A stretch of 63,873 nt of DNA, the filler included, from Bonamia ostreae (lineage: Eukaryota), in the NCBI GenBank assembly GCA_040357525.1. It is 43 parts of 43 records of this genome, joined end to end, with 100 filler letters (N's around TTAATTAATTAA, not from the genome) between each part and the next. Parts side by side here need not be neighbours in the genome. Positions count along the whole stretch, not along the records: positions 25,410 to 26,800 come from JBDODL010001907.1; positions 26,901 to 28,291 come from JBDODL010001908.1; positions 28,392 to 29,782 come from JBDODL010001909.1; positions 29,883 to 31,272 come from JBDODL010001910.1; positions 31,373 to 32,761 come from JBDODL010001911.1; positions 32,862 to 34,249 come from JBDODL010001912.1; positions 34,350 to 35,737 come from JBDODL010001913.1; positions 35,838 to 37,225 come from JBDODL010001914.1; 35 more parts are not named here. One strand, written 5' to 3'. The translations under genes were made by a program, and so were the position numbers. This document shows, one piece after another, positions 25,410 to 38,825 of this stretch; positions within the stretch are counted from its first letter, which is position 1; the number at the start of each line of letters is the position of its first letter. The notes beneath the pieces are model-generated. The model was given only the letters and a program-made list of their open reading frames with translations. It had not been told where the DNA came from and did no database searches.

Positions 25410-25666
25410 ACACACCATTGGTAGTGGTTCACAATGATTTTGTTTATATCTATGAAGATAGTAAGGTTATCAAAAGTGAATATAGAGATCAAACTAAGGA
25501 ATTTACGATTTGTTTATCGATTTACGATAATCTTGCTCAGCTGATTGTCATCGTGCCCAAAACTTTAGATGTTGAAGTATATGAAAATAATAATCATATT
25601 TGGTGCACAGAAGAAACTCATCTGTTTAAAATACTTTATGTGGGATCTTATAACCATCTATATTAA
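25410..25666 (+). CDS. 3' end of an unknown protein
   Basis: Frame open from the contig edge to TAA; no family recognised. Confidence 0.35.
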
Positions 25667-26032
25667 ATATCGTCTTATATTTTTTGTAACATGTCTTATT
25701 AAATCTGCCGTTTTTATACTCCAAGACGGGTTTTAGACTCCTAATTTGACTAAGGTTGCCACTGAAATCTTCGAACCTTGAATGTCTGCTCTAGTTCTTC
25801 GTTCCATTAAACTTTTGAAATAAAGCAAACGGGCGACGATACCGTTCTAATTCGTGAGATTTTTTACGACATAGATTTGAGATTCGAAATCGATAGATTA
25901 ATCACTTTAGACTTTGGCAAAAAGATTACCGGTTAAACTTTCCAATTTAAAATTCAAATGGAACGCGTTCCAAACAACTTTTTTCACTAAATTATAAAAA
26001 ATGTAAATATTAAATTAAAGACAAGCAAAAAT

Positions 26033-26800
26033 TTAGTTATCTGGCATCTCTTCATTGTCCGAGTCAGCAATTTTGGCGTCTTCAAAAGAACTTATATCTT
26101 TCAAAAAAATCTAAAAACTTAAAATTCCAGAACCGACGTTTGAAATGTCGCTCATTTTCCTATTCGAATTTGGACTCAATTGCTTTGTCTTTAAAACAAC
26201 CTCATTTTCGCTCCTTTAAACTTTAGTTAAAATCAAACCTCAGATTTTTGTAAATTGCCAAAATCGAAGAAATCGCTGTGATCTTGTCTTTTAAAATTTG
26301 CTTTCTTTCAGAAATAAACGCTGTTTTCTTCTCCGCGTTTGTTGTTAAATTTATAACTGTTTCAAGAATATCTGTCACTTTTTTTAAATTTTGCAATTTG
26401 TTTTGCATTTTTGTTCATAAACTATTAGAAACAGTTCAGTTTGTTCTCTAAAATTTACATTTTGGCCTAAAGACTAATTTTGTTCTCTAAAAATCAAACC
26501 TTTCTCGGCCATAAAGGGCAAAGACCAACTGAACAAATTTTCAAAATTTGGGAGGTAATATGGATGTGTCGTAGCCCTGAATTGTTTGACTTTCAAATCC
26601 CCATCCGATATCACCAAAACAGCCCCTTTGTTGTCATAAACCTGATTTTAAAATTTGAAACATCGCAATAATTCGGCGCTGAAAAAACTGTTATCACTTT
26701 AGGAAACCCGTCTTCGTTATCCATGAGAAACCTGTACCCCTTCTTCTCTGCTTCGTGGGCTCTTATTATCGATTCAAAGTCGTTTTCCTCCAAAAATCTG
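26033..26800 (-). CDS. PPP3C: Calcineurin A (PP2B catalytic subunit), C-terminal part
   Basis: [48 protein letters not shown]; autoinhibitory [16 protein letters not shown]. Four short introns. Confidence 0.95.
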
Positions 26801-27479
26801 NNNNNNNNNNNNNNNNNNNNNNNNNNNNNNNNNNNNNNNNNNNNTTAATTAATTAANNNNNNNNNNNNNNNNNNNNNNNNNNNNNNNNNNNNNNNNNNNN
26901 GGCTTTTCTCTAATATTTAAAAATATTTGCATTATAGGTTTAAACCACTCTTTTTTCTAATATTTTTGCATTTTCTAACAAGGATTTTTGGTTTGAAATC
27001 ATAACTCTTAAATTCTGCTCCTCTTGAACTCTTTTATCATGTGTATGCTCCTTATAATTAAAAATAGAACTAATTCTTTTTCTAACCGTTCTTCTTCTTC
27101 AATCTATATATACATAAATATTTACCATCTCGAAAATTTTTTCCTGTTGATTTTTTATAATATTTTTGCCGTTTACCTTAATATTTAATTTTTTAAGTTA
27201 ATATATGTATTAAAAACAAGTTTTGAGTGCAAATTTTTGTTATCCTTTCTTAGTTTACCTGACATCAGCATTAATTGAGTATGTAAATCATCGATATTAT
27301 TAAAGGCTGATTTAATTGATCCTTCGCTTTCAAGCTTTGGCACCTCCTCCTTGAAAAATTATCTAAAAACTATTTTTAAATTTATATTATCTAAAAGAGT
27401 ATTTTTATCGCAGCTGCAACTTAAAAATTGGGATTTTCTTCTATTATCAACATTTTTTCTATTTGTAATACAATTATTA

Positions 27480-27990
27480 CAATCTGATATTTGTTCGTTA
27501 AATGATGACATTAATATCTAGCTTTTTTCGGATATTTTGTAAATATAGATAGAATATGTTGTGTTAAAAATAGAATGAAGTAGAATCTTCAACAGTTATA
27601 CATATTGTAAAAGAATGAAAATTATGTAATGGCATTTTGTAATAATCTTTCTTTTTGTAATTATTAGTGGTAATAACAAATCTAAACTTTATAAAGATAA
27701 AAATATATTTGAATCATTTTCCCAGATTTACCAAATCGTCGGCAAATTGGAAGATTTTATCTTTACCTGTTTCTATAATATCTTTAATATAAATACTAAA
27801 TAATAATGGACTTAAAGGAGATCCTTGAGGAACCCCTTTGCAACAATAAAAATATCTTTGGCACTTTTTTTAACAAATGAATCAAAAAATTTGCCGATAT
27901 TGCCTTTGATACCTGCTTTACAAATTTGTTGAACAAAATTTTACGGTTTATAAATTTGAAAAAATGTTATTTGTAGATTTCTTTTTATAA
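27480..27990 (-). mobile_element. Degenerate non-LTR (LINE-like) reverse transcriptase
   Basis: KGVPQGSPLSPLLFSIYI..QFADDL at ~27730-27840; flanks are broken by stops and frameshifts. Confidence 0.85.
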
Positions 27991-28689
27991 ATATATCAAA
28001 TTATTAATTGTCGAGCGATTTTTTTAAATACAGTTTGACAATTTGGTAAAAACCTTCAATTTAAAGAATATATAGTTAGATATGTATATAATTAGATATA
28101 CGTAGAATTATATAAATTTTCTATATAAAAATGGAAAATGGCAATAATATCTTTGAAAACTCAAGTAAAAGTATTACGGTCTCGATGGATGCATCTACTG
28201 TAAGAAGAAAGCCAATTAGACCTAAAAAAGTTATTAAAAATATCTTTAGCGGAATATTAAAAAAGAATCTAAACTTAACAATAGGAAAAAANNNNNNNNN
28301 NNNNNNNNNNNNNNNNNNNNNNNNNNNNNNNNNNNTTAATTAATTAANNNNNNNNNNNNNNNNNNNNNNNNNNNNNNNNNNNNNNNNNNNNCGGGATAAA
28401 AGATTTTGAGATTAAAAATGCCGTTTTGCAGGTTTTGGCTAAAGATTTTTTTTTATTTGCAAAATTAATGTTTGAGAAAATAAATTTTTTATTTGCGAAA
28501 AGACAAAATTGTAAATTTTATTTGAGAAAAGTCAAAATTGTTAAAATTTTTAATATTTGTTAGAAAAAGTCAAAATTGTAAATTTTATTTGAGAAAAATC
28601 AATTTTTTTATTTGCGAAAAGAAAAATTGTTAAAATTTTTTTAGAAAAAGTCAAAATTGAAAATTTAATTTTCAAAATTTATTTTAAAG

Positions 28690-28791
28690 GTGATAAATAT
28701 GTACAGAATTCAATTGGGGAATCACTGGAATGAATATTTGGAAAAATGCGAACCATTTGTAGTTTCAAAAATCAGAGAAATATTAAAATAA
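28690..28791 (+). CDS. Last exon, possibly the transportin-1 C-terminus
   Basis: VINMYRIQLGNHWNEYLEKCEPFVVSKIREILK-TAA after a TTTAAAG acceptor. Confidence 0.4.
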   Translation: MINMYRIQLGNHWNEYLEKCEPFVVSKIREILK

Positions 28792-28932
28792 AATTTAGCA
28801 TTTTCGCATTTTTTTATTTAAAATTCCTTTGAAATAGTCTAAAAGGCCCTCCATTTTATTCTGAAAAATCACTTTTTAAACAAAATTTGTTTGAAATTCA
28901 AGCTTTAAAATCTTAAACAGTTTCCATATAAA

Positions 28933-29451
28933 ATGGAAAAGCTTTTTTCCAAGAACATGGATTGTTATGATCACGATAAAATATCTGTTCAAATGGCGTC
29001 AGATGTTAATATACTTTAATATATTAAATTCAGATCAAAGACAAAAGCCGAAAACCGATTTTAGACAAAATTGAAAAACTTATAGAGCGAATTGACATGA
29101 TAACTGATTTATTAAAACAAAAATATTTTAAAAATAAAAAAATTGATCAAACTCCGGAAGAATTGAATGTTTAAATTTTTAATTGTTAGAAAAAACTTCG
29201 AAAACTGAAAGAAGAAAAATTAATTTTCGAAAAACTGCTAAACTCTTTTAATACGAAAACTTCAAATTTATCCAAAAGCAATTTAAAAGAAGAAAAATTA
29301 TTTTCGACTAAATTTGATATTGTCAAAATTGAAAATTTTAAAATCGAAAAATCGGTTTATGAAAATCTGTTTGATTATCAAAAACAAGGATTGATTTGGT
29401 TGTGGGAAATCCATCAACAAAATGTTGGTGGAATCGTTGCTGATGAAATGG
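28933..29451 (+). CDS. ERCC6: CSB/Rad26-like SNF2 ATPase, 5' part
   Basis: Two short introns, then LFDYQKQGLIWLWEIHQQNVGGIVADEMG. Confidence 0.85.
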
Positions 29452-29459
29452 GTCTTTCT

Positions 29460-29782
29460 ATTTTACAAAAAAAAACCAAATTTTTTTACGACAAATTTTT
29501 TACGACCAAATTTTTTTCAATAAAAGACAATATTTTTTCGACCGATTTTTTACAATAAAAGACAATTTTTTTACGACCAAATTTTTACAATAAAAAACAA
29601 TATTTTTACGAACGATTTTTTACAATAAAAAACAATTTTTTTACGACCAAATTTTTACAATAAAAGACAATTTTTTTACGACTTTACAACAAAAAACAAT
29701 TTTTTTACGACCGATTTTTTACAATAAAAAACAATTTTTTTACGACCGATTTTTTACAATAAAAGACAATATTTTTAAGACT
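29460..29782. repeat. Intronic degenerate tandem repeat
   Basis: TTTTTACGACC..TTTTTACAATAAAA(G/A)ACAAT repeated to the contig end. Confidence 0.85.
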
Positions 29783-29882
29783 NNNNNNNNNNNNNNNNNN
29801 NNNNNNNNNNNNNNNNNNNNNNNNNNTTAATTAATTAANNNNNNNNNNNNNNNNNNNNNNNNNNNNNNNNNNNNNNNNNNNN

Positions 29883-29955
29883 TTTTGTTTGTCCATTTGA
29901 TTTTTTTATCCTCGTCCTCTTTTTTTGAAACATCTTGAAGTCTTTTTTTCATCAT
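29883..29955 (-). CDS. 5' end of a probable Brix-domain protein (BRX1-like)
   Basis: MMKKRLQ...KIKWTNK at the contig edge; only a short motif is visible. Confidence 0.35.
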
Positions 29956-30071
29956 TTTAGCATTATCGGGAATCGACAAAAACGCAAGGAAATTACCAAA
30001 ATTTAGATTATCTGTTTGTAAGCTCAAAAATTTAAAAACTAAACTTCAAATTATATTTAAAACTCTAAAAA

Positions 30072-31133
30072 ATGCTGAGAAAGGTCTTAGACGATTCTCG
30101 GGACTCTCCCGAGCAATTAAAACACAAACTTGCAAAAATGTTTTTCAGAGGCGACGACAAAGTCAAAAACGAAAAAGTTCGATCTTTTTTAACCGTTTTT
30201 TTTTTTGAATTCTTTTTGCAAATTATTTTTTTTCGACAAATTTTAAAAGTTAATGGAATCCCATTCATTGCAAAACGGAGTTTGCGCTCGCCAATTTAAA
30301 GAAGGCGAGCCCGCTTACCGATGCACAGATTGCCAAAAAGACTCTTATTGCATCCAATGTCTTCCGTGCTTCAGAGTTTTTTTGCCCAAAAATGCAAAAT
30401 TTTAAGATGTCCGACCACGAAGGCCACAACACTTTCATGACAACGTCTTCAGAAGGCGGTTGCTGTGATTGCGGTTAAAAATCTTAAATCGCAAAATTTA
30501 GCAAAAACAATTAAAATTTAGCCAAAAAAATGCAAATTTCCAAAATTGCAATAAAAAAGGCGATGCGGAAAGTTGGAAGGTCGAAGGCTTTTGTAAATCG
30601 CACAAAGGCCAAATAACCGAAAATAAGAAGAAATCAAATTTGACCAAAGATGAATTGCGGAACGCGGAAAAATTGATCGACGAAATCGTTGATCTTTTGA
30701 CAAACGCTTTTTCTGGTAGTCAAAACGTCTTCATTTTACCAAATCTTGAGATCGATTCGGAAAATGACTTTAACGAAAATTTCGAGTTTTGTCAAAATCG
30801 CATTGAAAAATTTTTGAAAAATTGAAATTTTTGAACAAAAAATTTAAAAAAAGGGTTTTTGACTGTCGGTTGCGTCCATTAGATCTCCCGAACGAACACG
30901 CTTCATTTCTCCATAAACGATTCTTCGGCACTTCCGAAAACACGAGCGAAAAATTTTACATTTTGTATCTTCACAACACTGAAGCTTGCGACTGGAGCCA
31001 AGCTCTGAAAATAGTTTGCAATGTGATGAATTGGAGTGAGAACGTTTGTCAGAGATATCTGCACTTTATCGATCATTCCGAGTTTTGTGCTTTATTTGTT
31101 GGATCTTTGATTCAGTGCAAGCGATATGCTGAG
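30072..31133 (+). CDS. UBR1: N-recognin E3 ligase (UBR box + ClpS-like domain), 5' part
   Basis: Spliced CARQFKEGEPAYRCTDC..CLPCFRMSDHEGH..GGCCDCGDAESWK..FCKSH, then YILYLHNTE. Four introns ending AAG. Confidence 0.92.
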
Positions 31134-31372
31134 GTTTATTATCTGAAAACAAAAAATATTTGATATTTAAAAACAAAAATTTGACATTTAAAAAACAAAA
31201 ATTTGATATTTAAAAAAACAAAAATTTGACATTTAAAAACAAAAATTTGATATTTAAAAAACAAAAATTTGANNNNNNNNNNNNNNNNNNNNNNNNNNNN
31301 NNNNNNNNNNNNNNNNTTAATTAATTAANNNNNNNNNNNNNNNNNNNNNNNNNNNNNNNNNNNNNNNNNNNN

Positions 31373-31712
31373 AGAAAAATATCTGTTTTGTAATTCCAAA
31401 AAATTAATAAAATCGCAAGAAAAAAAAATCTGTTTTGCAATTCAAAAAATTAATAAAATCACAAGAAAAAATATCTGTTTTGTAATTCCAAAAAAAAATT
31501 AATAAAATCACAAGAAAAATATCTGTTTTGTAATTCCAAAAAATTAATAAAATCGCAAGAAAAAAAATCTGTTTTGTAATTCCAAAAAAAATTAATAAAA
31601 TCACAAGAAAAATATCTGTTTTGTAATTCCAAAAAAAAATTAATAAAATCACAAGAAAAAAAATCTGTTTTGTAATTCCAAAAAATTAATAAAATCACAA
31701 GAAAAAAATCTG
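31373..31712. repeat. Intronic tandem repeat, ~46-49-bp unit
   Basis: AAGAAAAATATCTGTTTTGTAATTCCAAAAAATTAATAAAATC, about 7 copies. Confidence 0.93.
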
Positions 31713-31833
31713 TTGAAAAAATTTTTTACTCGAATTTTAATTTTATTTTGAAATATCAATTTGCACGAAAAAATATTTTGAAATATCAAAATTTGAATTT
31801 ACTCGAATTTTGATTTACTGAAAATTTAAAAAG

Positions 31834-32108
31834 ATCAATTGGCGCAAATGATCGAACTAATAGGTCCAATGCCAATGGATTTTATTAAAAATGGCGGCTT
31901 CCCGAAAAAATTTTTCAAACCGAATGGAAAATTAAAGATAATCGCTCAAATAGACGAATGGAAATTGGAAGACGTTTTCCGGGAGGAATTCGGCTTCGAC
32001 CGAATAACGGTGCAGAAACTTACCGATTTTATTTTGCCGATGCTACAACTGGATCCAAAGGACAGAATTAGTGCTGCAGAGGCTCTCAATCATCCATTTT
32101 TGAGATAA
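31834..32108 (+). CDS. SRPK: SR protein kinase, last exon
   Basis: DQLAQMIELIGPMP..WKLEDVF..DFILPMLQLDPKDRISAAEALNHPFL. Confidence 0.85.
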
Positions 32109-32313
32109 ATTTTGATAAATTGCAAATTTTCTTCAAAACAATTAATTTTGAAAACTCAAATTGGAACAAAAATTTAATTTTCAAAATTTCAGCAATTAAA
32201 ATTCACGCAAAACAGACAACCCATTAATCCATTAAACAATAACTTATTAAAAATTCTTAAGAAACTTTTCGGACTTTGATAAGCTCCCTAAATATATCGA
32301 CATTTCTTGAAAT

Positions 32314-32761
32314 ATGAAGAATGGCGGAATGCAAATGACTTTTAATGCCGATGTAAATGTCACAATTTTGTTTAAAGTTTGGAAAACGAAAAATTGGTGG
32401 CAATTACTTTTAAGTGCTCTAATTATTATTATTCTCGGCTTAGTCAAAGAAGCCATTTCGTTTTTCCGCAAAGAAAAAATTCGAAAGAAATTAGTTTTTA
32501 TTCTAAAAAATTAAATTTTCTGCCAAAAAATTTTCTTGTTAAATTCAAATATCCATTTTCTGACAAAAAGGAAATGGATAAGAATTTCAGATTAGTTTTT
32601 ATAAAATGGATTCTTTTCGCAATCCAGATATCGATTAGTTTTGCGTTGATGTTGGTTGCAATGACATTCAACGTTTATTTGTTTTTCGCTGTTGTTCTGG
32701 GGCTTAGCATTGGAAATACCTTTTTCCGGTACCATTCAAAGTCACTTATCAAATCTGAAAG
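32314..32761 (+). CDS. Ctr-family copper transporter
   Basis: MQMTF..ILFKVW; TM1; MLVAMTFN (MxxxM); GLSIG. One intron. Confidence 0.92.
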
Positions 32762-33027
32762 NNNNNNNNNNNNNNNNNNNNNNNNNNNNNNNNNNNNNNN
32801 NNNNNTTAATTAATTAANNNNNNNNNNNNNNNNNNNNNNNNNNNNNNNNNNNNNNNNNNNNGACAATTTTAGTCTCAGTCGGATAGTAATCTAGCCCATT
32901 AAAGTACGATTTGTAAAGTGGAGAGATTTGATAAGTCATTATTGAAAATGAAAAAAGATTTGTTATAAACTATTTGACAAATTTTTGTTATAAAATAAAA
33001 ACTATAAAAAACTCGATATAAACAAAT

Positions 33028-33831
33028 TTACTCAAAATCTTCGATTCTTTCTCCTTCCATGAGACAGCCCCTGTTCAAAATAGTTCCAATCTTTTCGACG
33101 GTTTCAATGTTTTTGGCGTTTTTAATCGCGTTCTATAAATTTGTCAAAACAACTTTTAATATTTTTTTCTCTTTCGCGGTCAAAACTTCGGTCTTTTCAG
33201 ATCGCTCATTTTCTTTGTTATCGGATTTTCTAAATCTCTCTTTCGCTTTCTTCCGCTCTGCATTGCTTATTTTCCGGAAATCGAGACTTTTTAATGACGG
33301 CATCAGCCAAATCACATAAAGTCTGTATTCTTTTACTCTTCTTATAGGATTTTCTACCAAACTTAAATGTTCCAATTTGTCGAATTTCGAGATGTTTTCG
33401 ATTGATTTAAGCTTAAAAGATTTTTTATGTGAGTGAGATTTACTTAAAAAGAACTCCGAACAAAATTAGCCAAACGATTTTTGAAAAAAATGACGATTTA
33501 TTTTAGATTTATTAGGGTTAACAAAAACATCAGAAATCTTGTTATCGGTCAAAACCAAAATTTTCAGTTCAGGCAACATCAGTCCGAGGCTTGGGGAAAC
33601 GACAGAAATGTTGTTGCAGTTTAAAAACATAGATTTGACGTTTTCCATTCGAGGAAAATTTTCGAGGATTTGAATGGAATTGTGAGACAAATCGATTGAG
33701 AAGAATAAATTTTTCGTCAGTCCAAAGTTTTCGATCGCTGTAATATTTAGTCCTCTTAAAGAGATTTCGAATTCTCCCATAACGTTTAATCTTGTGTGTG
33801 CGTTTTGAACCAAACTTTGGGTTATCCTCAT
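33028..33831 (-). CDS. SNRPA1: U2 snRNP A' (LRR), complete
   Basis: MRITQSLV..EISLRG..IENFGLT..IDLSHN..ENP..EYRLYVI..LKSLDFRKI. Introns 33412-33528 and 33133-33153. Confidence 0.95.
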
Positions 33832-34609
33832 TAAAGCTTTATCAGAAATATTATATGTGTTTGTTTAAAAACTTTTGTTAATAAATTAGGAATTTGTAAA
33901 TGGCTTTTTTAATAAATAAAATAAATGCATATAATTAAAATAGTTTGAAATATAAATTTTGTTTTGTAGATAATTAAAAATTTTGATGAAAAACATTTTT
34001 GATGAAAAATAAATGGCTTTGTACAACTTATAAATTTATTTTGTAATAAAAACATGAAATTTTAATATTTTGAATTAAAATTAATTACAAAGTATTTGCC
34101 GTTTATTAAAATTAATTACAACATGAGTCTCATGAATCCCTGACCGACTCACTTGTTGAAAATTAAAAAATAGTTTTATAATTTGCATTGTTATCATTTG
34201 CTTCATTAATTAAAATCGGCAAAACAAATTTATCATCTTAAAAATTACCNNNNNNNNNNNNNNNNNNNNNNNNNNNNNNNNNNNNNNNNNNNNTTAATTA
34301 ATTAANNNNNNNNNNNNNNNNNNNNNNNNNNNNNNNNNNNNNNNNNNNNCAAATAAAAATGGACAAACTCCATTTTCGATATAAGAAATTTTCTAATGGA
34401 CGAATTTTGAAAAGGCTGTTTATAATTTCGATCAGGAAAGATAATAATGGAGGGCGTTATTTTTTCAATTTCTGTTTCAGAATTTATGGAAAATTTTAAT
34501 GTTCTCGAATCGATATTTCCAAAATTCTTTTGCTAAATTCTTGCGTTTCTAAAACTATACAAAATTAGATACTCAATAAATAATTTGATCTATTCCGAAC
34601 ATCCATAAA

Positions 34610-35737
34610 ATGACAAAAGAAAAAGTAAAAACACCTCCTTCAATCAAAATCAACGTCGGATTCATCGCTCTTGAGATTATCACCACTTACACTACGGTTG
34701 TTTCAGGTTTTAATTCGACAAATTATCAAATTTGTCAAATTTATTGTATTCTCTAATAAATATTTTAGAAAAAATATGAAATTAAAAACTTTCTAATAAA
34801 ATTAATTACGATGTTTTGATAATTTTAAGTTGCTGACATTTGGATAAATATCTTTTCAAAAAATATTTATACCATGTTCAATTATGTCCGTTCTATCCCA
34901 GTTGTTGCGCTCTATTTGTTTGTTCCTCTTATATTGAAATATGTCTCTGTTAACAAAATTTTCTACACTAACGCAGTAGCACAATTCGTCTCTTGTGTGA
35001 TGTTTATGTTTATCCCTGCAATGAAAGTGAAATTAGGTAGAGATGCCGCGCTGGCGATCACTAGTTTTTAATTATTTATTGAAGTTTTGTTCTTACTAAT
35101 TTCAGCTGTCGGATCCACTGTCTGTTCAACAGCCACTTTCGCGTTTTTTTACTTTAAAGATTCTCCAAAGATTCGCAGCTGAGTTTTCGAACCAGACAGT
35201 TCAATTCTACATAACGGGGCTGTCCGTATCAAACCTCTTCTATGGTGTGTACTTTCTGCCATTCCCTAATATTGTTAAAAATCTGCAGATTAGGATGATA
35301 TGCTACTTCATCTTACCGCTTGTCGTCCATATCGCCTCGATCATCATTTTCTACTTCTCTTCAAAAAAAGTACCCAAAAAAGAAGAAAGGGTTGAAATTT
35401 TAAATTTTAGAAAGGAATCGTAAAAAATGAGAGCAAATTGAATCAGAGCATCATGGAGAGTTTTAAAGTGGTTTTGAAGAAGAAGTGGCTATATTTTATT
35501 CTTAACTTCTGTTTTCTATTTTATTTTAGTTATGTTCTTTGGGACCTTCTTGGTTTACCCATCGTTTATGTTTCAAGCGACTTCGTCGAATTCTAAACTG
35601 AAGGTGTTTTGGCCCAAGATCCTCATGATCATATTTGGGATCACCGAAGTGACTGCTCGCGTCCTTAACACTCTGAAGATCCAGTTCATCGTGGATGGGA
35701 TAACAGAGAGAAACATTTGGATGTTTTATGTTCATTA
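34610..35737 (+). CDS. Equilibrative nucleoside transporter-like protein, 5' part
   Basis: Five introns (123, 21, 28, 20, 19 nt) give a multi-TM frame with FAAEFS..YITGLSVS and VLKKKWLY..FFGTFLVYPS. Confidence 0.75.
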
Positions 35738-35882
35738 NNNNNNNNNNNNNNNNNNNNNNNNNNNNNNNNNNNNNNNNNNNNTTAATTAATTAANNNNNNN
35801 NNNNNNNNNNNNNNNNNNNNNNNNNNNNNNNNNNNNNATCAAATCTTTTAGCCAATATTTTGTAAAATTGCAAAACGATAAT

Positions 35883-37225
35883 TTAATTTTTAAAGAGTTT
35901 TTCCATTTGTCCCCAATTTTTTCCAGTTTTGATGGTCACTTTTAAAGGAACGTTTTTTAATATGGCACAATTTTCCATTTTGTTTTTCATCATTTTCTAA
36001 AATTTGTCGATGAAAATATTTGATAATAACGACAAAATCAAAAAATCGCAAATTAAAAATGTTGAACGATTAAAAAATCTAAAAACAGCAAATAGTTCTA
36101 CAATTTGCTCGTCCACACTATAAACAATTTCGTCGTGAACCAACAAAACCAATTTTGCGCTGTTTTCAAAAACTTTTTTTCGCTCTTTTTCGATTTTGAC
36201 GAGCGCCATTTTCAACAAATCGGCCGCGCTACTTTGGCACAACGAATTTACTGCTTTTCTTTTCAAACTCATTTTTTCGCCATTTTCAAGATTTTCGCCA
36301 TTTTTTGTATCGAAAAAACGCTTTCTGCCGAGAAACGATTTAATGAAACCGTTTTCCGCAGATTGTTTGTAGCATTGTTGAACGAGTCGTTTTAAAGATA
36401 AAAATTGATTGTGAAAATGACTTTCTATTGATTTGCAATCAGATTTGCTAATTTTCAGTTCTTTCGCCAAAGAGTTTATTCCTTGGCCGTAAAGCACTCC
36501 GTAAAATATTTGTTTTGCATTTTCTCTTATTTTTGGTGTAATCTTTTTTAGTTTAATATTTGGCCATTTTAGATTTTGGTTTTTTAATCAAATTTGGTCG
36601 GATTTTAATGTTTTAATGAAATTTGGCCATTTTAAATTGTTTTAATGAAATTTGGCCATTTTAAATTGTTTTAATGAGATTTGGTCGGATTTTAATGTTT
36701 TAATCAAATTTGGCCATTTTAAATTGTTTGAATGAAATTTGTTCGGTTTTTAATGTTTTAATGAAATTTGGTCGGATTTTAATGTTTTAATGAAATTTGG
36801 CCATTTTAAAGTGTTTTTATAAAACTCAAATTTTAAATTTAACCAAAACATTTTCTGTTCTAAACAGATCCGTTGAAAGCATCGAGAAAATATCTTTATC
36901 CGTTTTAAACGCGTTTATTAAAAATTTATCTTGCGAAAAATGAGTCGCCTTTTAATAAGTATTTTAAACTATCCGAGCTTCAATTTGAGAAAAATCCGAT
37001 GAAACGAAAATGCGGTGTTTTCCAGACACAACAAGCTGTCTTAATATTATAAAATTTTATAAAAGTTTAAGTTAACAGAAAAACCTTGAGACCAATCCCA
37101 ATTCAGCCAAATTTGTCTAAATTAAATAAAATTTACCGATTTTAAATTCGCCATTTTTATCGTTCCTTGAATATTAGGATCCTTTGAAATAATCCTTCCG
37201 TTCGAGGATTCGCATTGTTTGTACG
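35883..37225 (-). CDS. Family A DNA polymerase (Pol theta/nu-like), C-terminal domain
   Basis: GRIISKDPNIQ; SDFSQIEAR; RENAKQIFYGVLYG; AVNSLCQSSAAD; LVHDEIVY. Five introns, including 20 and 21 nt. Confidence 0.92.
36560..36820. repeat. Tandem repeat (~30-bp unit) inside intron 36543-36849
   Basis: TTTTAATGAAATTTGG(CCA/TCGGA)TTTTAA repeated about 8 times; both splice sites are visible. Confidence 0.9.
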
Positions 37226-38825
37226 NNNNNNNNNNNNNNNNNNNNNNNNNNNNNNNNNNNNNNNNNNNNTTAATTAATTAANNNNNNNNNNNNNNNNNNN
37301 NNNNNNNNNNNNNNNNNNNNNNNNNCAACAGAAACGCCATAGTTGGGATCAGATGCTTGGAAGTACATTATAGCAATCCTCCCCTGTTGACTGGCAAATT
37401 CACATCAACTCCAATATCTTCGGGTTAAACGAGTATTCCGAAGACAAAACCAGTATGTATAGAACGGTTTAACAATTTTTATGAAGCACGTCAAACAGTC
37501 TTCATTTGACCTAATGATCGTTTGCATCATAATTGCAATATTTCATTATGATGACTTTTGATTAGACTATTGAAACGCCTACAAATCTGATTCATATAAA
37601 AGGTTACGGAATTTATATTATGTATTCAATTGTTCTAAAGTTAATCGAGTTTCTAAGCCTATTTCCTGGAATATCACTTCAAAATTGACATTATCAAAAA
37701 TGATGAAGGGAACATGTGTATTGATATTTGCTGTTGTCCTGATAAATAATTGGTAAGTCTATTGAGTACGAAACTCGAAAATGTGTCTTTATTTGTTAAT
37801 TTTCCTTGAATAGCCGAGTTATGTTTGCAATTTCGCAAAGTTATAAAAAGGGAAGGGAAGGGCTACATTATTGAAACCAGACAGGGCAGTAAATTCGTCA
37901 AATGCAGTGTCACTGATGCAAGTAATGAAGTTTCCCTATGCAAATGTTATGAAAGTATATCTAGGTAGCATTTTGTATGCCTATACGACTTCTCCATGTC
38001 TTTCTGTCTGTATGTCCTTCTGTCCGAAACTTCAATCTGGCGAGTGATATGGCCCTCATATTTTATATGTTTATTTCTTATGAAAATGTATATGGTACCA
38101 AAGTACATGTATTTGACTCTGAGACCTAGACTTTGGCGATTGACCTACTTTAAAGAAAACATCTCCTGAATTAAGTTGTTCTTTCATATTTTTAATATAA
38201 ATTCCTAAAGCTAAGACCTTTCATGCAATACATGTACCACTGTCTTTAAAATGGCAACTTTGACTGCGGAGTTTGATTCAAATTTCAAAACTTTAACAAA
38301 ATTTCTAAACTTAAAATGGTGAAAGACAGAGCTATTATATTCCGAGGTGTTTTTTACTTTGTTTATTGTTTTGTCTGCAATCGGGAGCATAGTGTTTTAC
38401 AAACACAACTTGTTTCTTCATAATGTCCAAATATGCCAAAAGAATTGGCTGTGAATAAACTTAGCTTCCAGTCTTGAATATTGTTGTCAATGTTGACCAT
38501 CTACATTTTGATGTGCTGATAATTTGGTCACATTCTCATTACATAACCAAGGAACTTATGCTATAGTTGCACAAATAGTTGTTGGTTTGGTTTTTTTTAT
38601 GTTTGTAATATAGGAGGATCATAAGACGCTTCCCTCAGATATCAATGCTAAATCATATATTAAATAAATTGATGTCACGCGGTTTCAACAATCTCTTTTA
38701 AAGTCAGTATTTCNNNNNNNNNNNNNNNNNNNNNNNNNNNNNNNNNNNNNNNNNNNNTTAATTAATTAANNNNNNNNNNNNNNNNNNNNNNNNNNNNNNN
38801 NNNNNNNNNNNNNGTTCCTTCATTT

